Shown: one piece after another, positions 23,791 to 32,086 of the stretch
Numbering within the stretch: position 1 is the first letter of the stretch
How the letters are laid out: each line of letters starts with the position of its first letter
From: Octopus bimaculoides
Taxonomy: Eukaryota
Assembly: GCF_001194135.2 (NCBI RefSeq)
Contig: NC_068986.1
Span: forward strand, 62,040,920-62,073,005
Direction: 5' to 3'
Length of the DNA stretch: 32,086 nt
The notes under the pieces: model-generated
Databases searched by the model: none
Seen by the model: the letters and a program-made list of their open reading frames with translations, nothing else
Told to the model about the DNA's origin: nothing
Made by a program: the position numbers and the translations under genes

Positions 23791-23879
23791 CACATACCTC
23801 CCTCCCTCTCTCTTCTCCCTCTCTCCTCTCCCTTATTGATATATATTGGACTCTCTTATCACTTCAATAAATGAGGATT

Positions 23880-25192
23880 CAGCAGGACACAGCTGCACAA
23901 TGTTCTTAACTCGATGTTTTGCTAAGTTGTTTCATGTGGGAATTCAGATCTATCCAGGATTTGTAAACTTTGCTGTAGAAGTCTCCATCATTTGGGAGTA
24001 GATTGAACCTGGCTCTCTGTTGAGCTCTTTTTCCTTCAGAGTCTTGATCCTGGCTGCCTCAAAGTTGGAAATGGTTTGGTAGCAACAGCTTCTCCACTGA
24101 GCTTTATTTACTGCTTCTGATTCTCATGTCTTCAGGTATATCTTATAGATTTTAAAGCAGGTTTTTAGAGTGTCCTAAAATGAAGCAGTGGGCAGTCTTA
24201 GTGCCTGGCATCAGAGCTAAGTTGACCACAGAGTAGGGTTTTAGGTAACCAAGTGTTTTCCATGCATACCACATGGCCAACCCACCTCAGTTGCACTTAG
24301 ATTGTGACGTCTTGCAGAAACCTCTGTAATGACACTGTCTCATATATAAGTTACTCTTCCCATATTTTTCAATACTCACGAGTGTCATCTGACATACTGT
24401 ACAAAATCTGCCCAAAATCAGTGTACTTTTCTTGTACCTTGAGTGCAGATACATTGTTCCTCTATACAGGCTTGATTCTGTGTCTAGGTTTTTTGGCTGT
24501 AAACTTTAAGGAGATGATGCTCCTGACTAGCCTATGATCTGACCAACAATCTGCATCTCTGGTCCCTCTTTTATGCCAATCTTTTGATCTAGTGTGTATC
24601 CAAGTTGTTTTGTGCTTGTCGACTGGTTGCCAGATTGTATTAGTAATTGTTTGTTTGAACTCTCTGCACTTTAGTGGGAGGGAGATAACCCTAGAGTTCT
24701 CCTTTCCAATGCCATGCTTCCGTAGTACTCCCTTCTATGTAAAATCATCTTTACCAACTTAAGAATTTGTCTGTCTTTGTATAGCACTCCTAATTACTTT
24801 ACTGAGGTCATCATAGAAGGCTTCTTTGGATTTTTCAATGTGGCTTATGGTTGGAGCATAACACTTATGATGGTAGCATATTGGGTATTTTCCAATTCCA
24901 AGCATAATATCCATGAGATGGGCATTGATTCTATTCAGCAGTGAGTTGAACCAGTTAGTGAACTGAGATTGTATAGCAAAGCTTACACCTACTTGTCTGG
25001 ACTCTTCTCTGGACATAACAAATCCCAAAGAATGTATAGCCTGTTCTGGCTGCCTCTAACTAACCCTCCTATGCAAATTTTGTCTCAATCACTGCAGCTA
25101 TGTCAGTGTTGTATCTGCTTAGTGTTCTGGCTGTCAGAACAGTTCTGTACTCTGGTCTGTTGTTACTGTTTAGTAGTGTCCTGACATTCCAT
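23880..25192 (-). mobile_element. BovB-like RTE LINE 5' fragment (AP endonuclease), pseudogenised
   Basis: Minus strand reads WNVRTLLNSNNRPEYRTVLTARTLSRYNTDIAAVIET (from 25191), GVSFAI, CYAPT...KEAFYDDLSKVI, GVLRKHGIGK, TTWIHTRSKDWH, CWSDHRLVRS (24520-24550). These are diagnostic RTE/BovB-type APE motifs. The left boundary is approximate. Confidence 0.8.
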
Positions 25193-25839
25193 GGGCTGAG
25201 GATTCATTTTTAAGTTGTGTCTAGAACGATAAGTTTCTTCAACTGCATCATTGGGTGGTTAACCAAGAGCAGTGGCCTAAGAAGTTTAAGTATAGCAGGC
25301 TTTGTTCCTTTTCAGTCTCTTGTCCCAAATTGAGGAGAACAATGCTGTACCTAAAGAGGTCTACTTTGTCACCTTAGGAGGATATGAAATCCACATCTGT
25401 TCCAGTTTTGTGGAAAATGACCATTACCCTGTGCCTGCCTCTGTGCAGGATCAAAGCTAAAGACATCCAGTAGCATCTCCCTGTTACCTCTTTCATTGTT
25501 ACCTTTTTCATTTTTACCTCTAGACATATGAAGAAAATGAGATGGTGTTCTGATGCCTTGGTTTACTGAACAAACTGCATGATGAATATTATTATGGTGG
25601 GCATGGTTTGTCCAGAACCAGTCCCAATCTCATCCTTCAAACTTGTATTGGTCTGGTGCAACAAGTGCTGCAAGCACAACAGTTATCAGGATGCAGGATT
25701 TGTATGGACTAACGTAATACTAGTGAATTTAAGCAGAACCTGTTCTTAGATTTTATTATTACTGCTGCTGCCATGCATGCATGTGTGTATGTGCATATGC
25801 ACATGTTTAGTGTCTCAGTATTGTCAAATTGCCAAACAA

Positions 25840-25992
25840 ATGAATGCATTGGCATTAGGAAGGGCATCCAGCTGTAGAAACTCTGCCAAATTAGATTGGA
25901 GCCTGGTGTTGCCATCCGGTTTCACCAGTCCTCAGTCAAATCGTCCAACCAATGCTAGCATGGAAAGCGGACGTTAAACGATGATGATGATG
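25840..25992 (+). mobile_element. 5'-truncated RTE-tail fragment ending in (GAT)n
   Basis: 25897-25988 differs from 127-218 at one position. Confidence 0.85.
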
Positions 25993-26004
25993 ATATATAT
26001 ATAT

Positions 26005-26755
26005 GCAGTGACTACCATGACTTTGAGACTCAGTCCCAACACTTCATCCTTCGTGGATATCCCCCCACCACTACCCACACAGCCCTTGCCAGACCATGTT
26101 CCATGGACTGTGCCTCTGCCCTCTCTCCCTCCCATTGCCTGTTTCCTGTTTCCCCTCACCTACCACCCCACCACCCTGCTCCTCCAACGCACCATTCTCT
26201 GAGCCTTCCAGTGACTCCAGCCCGACCTCACCACCTTGCACGTCTTCCCCAACCTACCCCTCCCTCCTTTAAACAAGCCCACAACCTGCATGACATCCTG
26301 GTCCACAGTTTCTTCCTTAACCCCACCTCCCAACCTGGTTTGTTCCCCTGTTCCCACCCACACTGCCGCACTTATCCCTACCTCTCCAACACCACCATCC
26401 TCACAGGTACCCATCATCATCCCTATTGTATCATCAACTCCTTTACCCGCACTTCTAACAACATTATTTACTGCATCTCCTGTTCTTTTTGCCCTTCTCT
26501 GTACATTGGTCAAATGAGATGCTGCTTGGCTGACCAGTTTGTGGAGCACCTCTGAGACATCAGACTTGGCAATGATACCCTGGTCTCATGCCATTTCTGC
26601 TTTACCAGTCATTCACTACAGCACATGTCGGTGTTTGGATTGTCTTTGCACAGGGGCCATCTGGACTCCTGCCTTTGCCGTGAACAGGAATTAATCTTCT
26701 CTCTTTGCTACTTTGCGCCACATGGACTCAACTACCCTCCTTTCTTCATCTGACT
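26005..26755 (+). mobile_element. Penelope-like element, RT thumb/linker and GIY-YIG endonuclease, pseudogenised
   Basis: FKQAHNLHDILVHS...FPCSHPHCRTYPY...SFTRTSNNIIYCISCSFCPSLYIGQMRCCLADQFVEHL*DIRLGNDTLVSCHF...HS...EQELIFSL...PHGLN, the classic PLE pattern IYCIxCxxCxxLYIGxTxRxLxxRFxEH...HF...EQxxIFxL...PxGLN. Confidence 0.9.
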
Positions 26756-27584
26756 CCTCTCCTCCCTTCACTCCTACCCATCATTGATGTTTTCATGAAG
26801 CTGGCTGTGTTTTCATGAAGCATTGTAAGCAAATAACACTACTTGTATGATGATGACACTCATATTGACTACCACGCTATATCAAGATAAGGAGACTCAC
26901 ATGCATTCACACACTTTTGTAAGTAACTATGTAGTTTGGCTTCATGTTCAAAAGAGGTACTATGAATGCAATCTTCCTAGTGAGGCAATTGCAGAAGAAA
27001 TACTTAGCTAGGAGTTAACCATTATTCCTGGCATTTGTTGTCTTAGTGAAGGCATTTCATGGGTTACCACATTCAGTAATTTGGTGCTCAGTGAGGAAAA
27101 TAGATGTAGATGAATGGCTTCTGTTATGGAGGGAATATGATTAACAGAGGTTGGTGGGGGGTTACTCTGAAACTATAGTAGTCAATCTGAGAATGGGTTG
27201 GAAATAGTTGAGAGTTATTACTGCTTCTGACAGTACTTTTAAAAAAAATTTTACAGCCTGGAACTTATTCTGTTAGTCTGTTTTGCCAAACCAAACTAAG
27301 TTACTAGGTACTAGAATGTAAATAATCCAACACCAGTTGTCAAGTGTTGGATTGTTGAGATCTGTCATGAACAAATACATTGAAAAAGATAACTGGCTAC
27401 TCAGGGCTTGTTTGCCAACTGAAAGGGGCTCACTGCATGACTCAATTTTTCAAGAACTTCATGCAGTACTGTAATGGCAGATACTTTCACTTTAATGGTT
27501 TCATTTTCATACTCAATCTACTACAGTGAAGCTATACTCTCACATGTATACAGGCATACATACATATATACATACATAATGCAT

Positions 27585-27880
27585 NNNNNNNNNNNNNNNN
27601 NNNNNNNNNNNNNNNNNNNNNNNNNNNNNNNNNNNNNNNNNNNNNNNNNNNNNNNNNNNNNNNNNNNNNNNNNNNNNNNNNNNNATCTATCTATATACAC
27701 ATATATACATATATATACATATATATACACACACCTACACGTACATAATTTCATACATATACATGAATGTGCACACACACACACACACACATATATATAC
27801 ACACACATACATACACATATACACACACACACATATATGTATACACATGGACACATACACGCATTTGTATACACCCCTTA
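27585..27880. repeat. (TA)n/(CA)n/(TACA)n low-complexity tract with gap
   Basis: Directly visible. Confidence 0.9.
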
Positions 27881-28413
27881 GTACGTATTTACACACGGTA
27901 GTTGTGTGGTGATTGATATTAAAGCAGTGCTATATGTATAGGAAAGTGATGCTTATATTAATTAGTAAGATATTAAAAGAATTCATTTAACATATGCGTT
28001 TACTCCATTTACTAAATTTATATATTTTTACTCAAGTACCCAAAATAACAAGGAGTTTCTACCTCATAAACAGGAGTTACAAGACAGTCATTTTGTGATC
28101 TTTGCTACCCTGGTATCTGTTAACCAATTTATTTTGTCTGAGTTAATTATTAACTTAGAGAAAATAAATACATATAATAATATATATATTTTAGAAATGA
28201 TCTAAATATAAATCTCACAGAGAGACATAAGCAGCAGTGTTACAATAAAGCAGTTGTTTACTGTCAACTTAATGTGACAGACCCATTAAGGGAATCATAC
28301 TGCTGCTATTTAGCCCTAGGAAGCTAGACCGATTCCTGTTTGCTTTGACACATTTCCTGTCTCCTTATATTTGTGAAGGGTAGACAAGCTTCCCCACCGA
28401 GCTTTAGTGTGCA

Positions 28414-28456
28414 TTCAGGGACATGTTTCTGAGTCATTGCTCGTCATCAGCCTGAA
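28414..28456 (-). ncRNA. Minimal type I hammerhead ribozyme motif
   Basis: Minus strand: UUCAGG CUGAUGA C GAG CAAUGA CUC A GAAA CAUGU C CCUGAA. Perfect 6-bp stem I, intact core, 3-bp stem II with a C.A mismatch at its base, palindromic ACAUGU stem III, GUC cleavage triplet. Confidence 0.8.
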
Positions 28457-28549
28457 GTAGCCGACCAGCTGTTTGAAAAAGCCTGTCTAGCCTTCACAAA
28501 TATATTTTCAGTGAAAACACATTCACTGGTTACAAAATTAGAAATGATC

Positions 28550-28651
28550 TAATTATAAATCTCATTTAAGAATAGAAATTTGATTAATTCTACTGGCCTT
28601 AGTAAATATATTTGGGAACTTAAATCTAAAAATATTAACTACATTTTTAAA
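28550..28651 (+). mobile_element. Penelope-like GIY-YIG endonuclease fragment (third PLE type), runs into gap
   Basis: With one frameshift it reads NYKS-SFKNRNLINSTGLSKYIWELKSKNINYIFK, matching the PLE pattern NHKSSF...NSTxLSKYIWxLKxxNIxY. Confidence 0.7.
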
Positions 28652-28958
28652 NNNNNNNNNNNNNNNNNNNNNNNNNNNNNNNNNNNNNNNNNNNNNNNNN
28701 NNNNNNNNNNNNNNNNNNNNNNNNNNNNNNNNNNNNNNNNNNNNNNNNNNNNNNNNNNNNNNNNNNNNNNNNNNNNNNNNNNNNNNNNNNNNNNNNNNNN
28801 NNNNNNNNNNNNNNNNNNNNNNNNNNNNNNNNNNNNNNNNNNNNNNNNNNNNNNNNNNNNNNNNNNNNNNNNNNNNNNNNNNNNNNNNNNNNNNNNNNNN
28901 NNNNNNNNNNNNNNNNNNNNNNNNNNNNNNNNNNNNNNNNNNNNNNNNNNNNNNNNNN

Positions 28959-29280
<322 letters not shown>

Positions 29281-30614
29281 ATACCATTCCTTCTTCACTA
29301 AATGTAGTAGTTATAATTTATATTTTAATTAATTAACTTAATAATAGTATTTTAGCTTATTTCATATATATTATTTAAGTTATGTTTCTTAGTCTTATTA
29401 TTTAGAATTTATAATTACTTAGAATTTAACATTCATTAAAATGTTTTACAATATAGCTTATTGTTTTATTACGATATAAGTTATATGAAGTTTAAATCTT
29501 TCATTCGTGATTTTATAAATAATTCTTTCATTCATGTTTTTATATCTCTTTATTCTATTCTTTTTCTTAATGTAATATCTTCATGCGACCTCTTTCTAAT
29601 AAATGCTTTAGTTCTGAGTTTAGCATCTAAATATTAGTTTAAACTACAGCATCGTAGCGATAAGTATCGTTTTTACCTTTGTTAAATGACTTTATATCAT
29701 TGTTTGAAATATGTAGTTTTATATTAATTCAATTGATTTTTAATTTTAGTCGATACCTTTTTTAACACTAAATTAATTAGTATTAAGTTTATCATCTTAG
29801 ACTAAATCAAGATTTCGATTAGATTAGGGTTGAATTTTTCCCATTAATACTGTTTAATATTTCTTTTTATTTTATGGGATAAATAAGTAGTCTTTTTATT
29901 TAATTTCTTTGATTATACAATATAGTTAATTGTTTTATCATGATTTAAGTTATATAAAGTTTAATCTTTCATTCATAATAAAATTTTCATTCATGTTTTT
30001 ATATCTATTTATTCTATTCCTTTTCTTTACGCAATATTTTCACGAGACTTCTTTCTAATAAACGTTTTAGTCTAAAATCTTTTAGTTTAAACTATAGCAT
30101 AGTTTAGATATGTGTTACTTCTATCTTTATTACTTTAACCTAAAACTTCGTTCAAATTATATTTTAAAAAGTTTCGTTAAAATTAGTTTTGCATATAATA
30201 TTCCTGTTAGCTTATATTATAACAAACATAAAGTTAATTATGGAACGTTTATAGTTTTGATATTTTTAATAATATTTTTCTATCTTAATATAATAAGTAT
30301 TTTATATACATTCATTTGTTATTTATTGTTGGTTGATATATACATTCTTTTATTATTGTTGTTGTATTTTGACCTGAAGATTAGCTGTATTTTTGAATAG
30401 AATTGATTTTCGATAGTTTTAATCGATTTAAATGTTTTTTCTATTTGAAAATTGGTTATGAAACACGTGTAGTTGTTTTATTATCAATATCTTATGATAT
30501 TTACTTTGTATTATACTTATTTATTGTGCTTTTACTTGTTAATTTTTCTATATGCGGCAATGGATTTTCATCAATGAGTTCATGAACCTTGGTTCTTTTC
30601 CCTAAAACTATATA
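29281..30614 (+). mobile_element. Very AT-rich repeat, probable 3' region/pseudo-LTR of a Penelope-like element, with internal ~200-bp duplication and a hammerhead motif
   Basis: Lies downstream of, and on the same strand as, the GIY-YIG fragment at 28550-28651 (link across the gap inferred). It carries a hammerhead motif, as PLE pseudo-LTRs do, and its terminus is shared with 1218-1274. Confidence 0.5.
30370..30475 (+). ncRNA. Type I hammerhead ribozyme motif with extended stem II
   Basis: UGAC CUGAAGA U [UAGCUG U AUUUUUGAAUAGAA ... UUCUAUUUGAAAAU UGGUUA] U GAAA CACGUGU A GUUG. Core intact, 6+14 bp stem II (with G-U pairs), palindromic ACACGUGU stem III, GUA triplet, weak 4-bp stem I. Confidence 0.65.
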
Positions 30615-31763
30615 TTTATATTTTATACTGTGAAACTTAATTTAATTTTAATTTTTAATAAATTGAATTTAATTGAGTTTTTACCTGTAAATTTGGATTT
30701 TTATCCCTAATATTATTATTATTATNNNNNNNNNNNNNNNNNNNNNNNNNNNNNNNNNNNNNNNNNNNNNNNNNNNNNNNNNNNNNNNNNNNNNNNNNNN
30801 NNNNNNNNNNNNNNNNNNNNNNNNNNNNNNNNNNNNNNNNNNNNNNNNNNNNNNNNNNNNNNNNNNNNNNNNNNNNNNNNNNNNNNNNNNNNNNNNNNNN
30901 NNNNNNNNNNNNNNNNNNNNNNNNNNNNNNNNNNNNNNATATATAAATAAATGGAGTTAAACGCATTGATTGGGAATGTAATATTCTCTGTATCTTTTCC
31001 ATTTGACAGAGGTAAATCTTTTTGTCTGCTTTATAACAGTGAGATGTACTTTATCGCGTCCTCAGAGAATCTCCTTGTAAACACATTTATAGAGTGTGTT
31101 TATCATTGCAAACATTGGCAGAAACATACCTTTAGTTCCTATAAATGATTTCTACCATTCTATAAAATTCCACCTTTGACTGTCTTCTTACATTTCACTT
31201 CCCCTAAATATATCTACTTCCATACCTTTAAGCTTTATTCTAATGCATCTATCACTCTATATCTCTCCACTATTAGTTTTCTGCTAATTTCTTTCTTTCT
31301 CCTCCTTCTCTTTCTATAAACTACCTTGATGTATCTACTAACAGTTTTTTAAAAAGAACTTGCTAGCCTTCCTTCATCATATACACAGTCATCACATTCT
31401 GTTAAAATGTCTTATTGATGTGTTTGGTATCTTTCTTTCCCTGATGAGAAGATTTCATTGTTTTACACCATTTTATTCTTTCTCGAATAATATCAATGTT
31501 TTCTTTGAAACATGTCAGAAGTAAAAGTATTTAAATAACACCTGAGTTTAACTCCATTTATTTATTTATCTATATTATACAAAACATTTCATCTAAACCT
31601 GGAGTTTCTACCTTTATAAGTAACATGTTACATCCTTGGTACTAGAGTAAATTTTTGCTACTCTGGTACCAATTTATTATTTTTTTTCTGTGTTATTTGT
31701 AAACACTGAAAAACACACATTTATATATATGTATATATAGATACGTATGTATATATATTTATA

Positions 31764-31827
<64 letters not shown>

Positions 31828-32086
31828 GGCGTAGGAGTGGCTGTGTGGTAAGTAGCTTGCTTACCAACCACATGGTCCCGGGTTCAGTCCCACTGCGTGG
31901 CATCTTGGGCAAGTATCTTCTACTATAGCCTCGGGCCGACCAAAGCCTTGTGAGTGGATTTGGTAGACGGAAACTGAAAGAAGCCCGTCGTATATATGTA
32001 TATATATATATGTGTATGTATGTATGTGTTTGTGTGTCTGTGTTTGTCCCCCCAACATCGCTTGACAACCGATGCTGGTGTGTTTA
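31828..32086 (+). mobile_element. tRNA-derived SINE, well preserved, runs off window end
   Basis: Head GGCGTAGGAGTGGCTGTGTGGTAAG with A-box-like TGGCTGTGTGG (31838-31848) and B-box-like GGTTCAGTCC (31881-31890). Body shared with copies at 8165, 8380, 11326 and 22950. Inserted in (TA)n. Confidence 0.85.

Noticed and set aside
31828-31900. Functional tRNA gene
   Set aside because: No complete cloverleaf, and it continues into a body shared with several dispersed copies, so it is a SINE head.

Overview
Eukaryotic, AT-rich, repeat-dense, gapped intronic DNA. The SINE/LINE families and microsatellite load suggest a coleoid cephalopod, probably Octopus (inference). I can support only one host coding exon: 16121-16281 (+), which encodes the C-terminal half of a C1 zinc-finger domain most similar to RASSF1/RASSF5. 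The rest is decayed mobile DNA: several RTE-clade LINE fragments with their (GAT)n-tailed 3' ends, a BovB-like RTE endonuclease fragment, a HERO-like REL-endonuclease LINE, three Penelope-like (GIY-YIG) fragments, tRNA-derived SINEs, a DINE-1/HINE-like Helentron element and microsatellites. The most interesting signals are RNA structures. There are two well-formed type I hammerhead ribozyme motifs (28414-28456 on the minus strand inside a larger hairpin; 30370-30475 on the plus strand with an unusually long stem II). There is also a degenerate third hammerhead in a tRNA-headed SINE, and a three-copy ~240 bp inverted-repeat complex 650 bp downstream of the exon. All alignments and folds were done by eye; protein family assignments rest on recalled motifs, not database searches.
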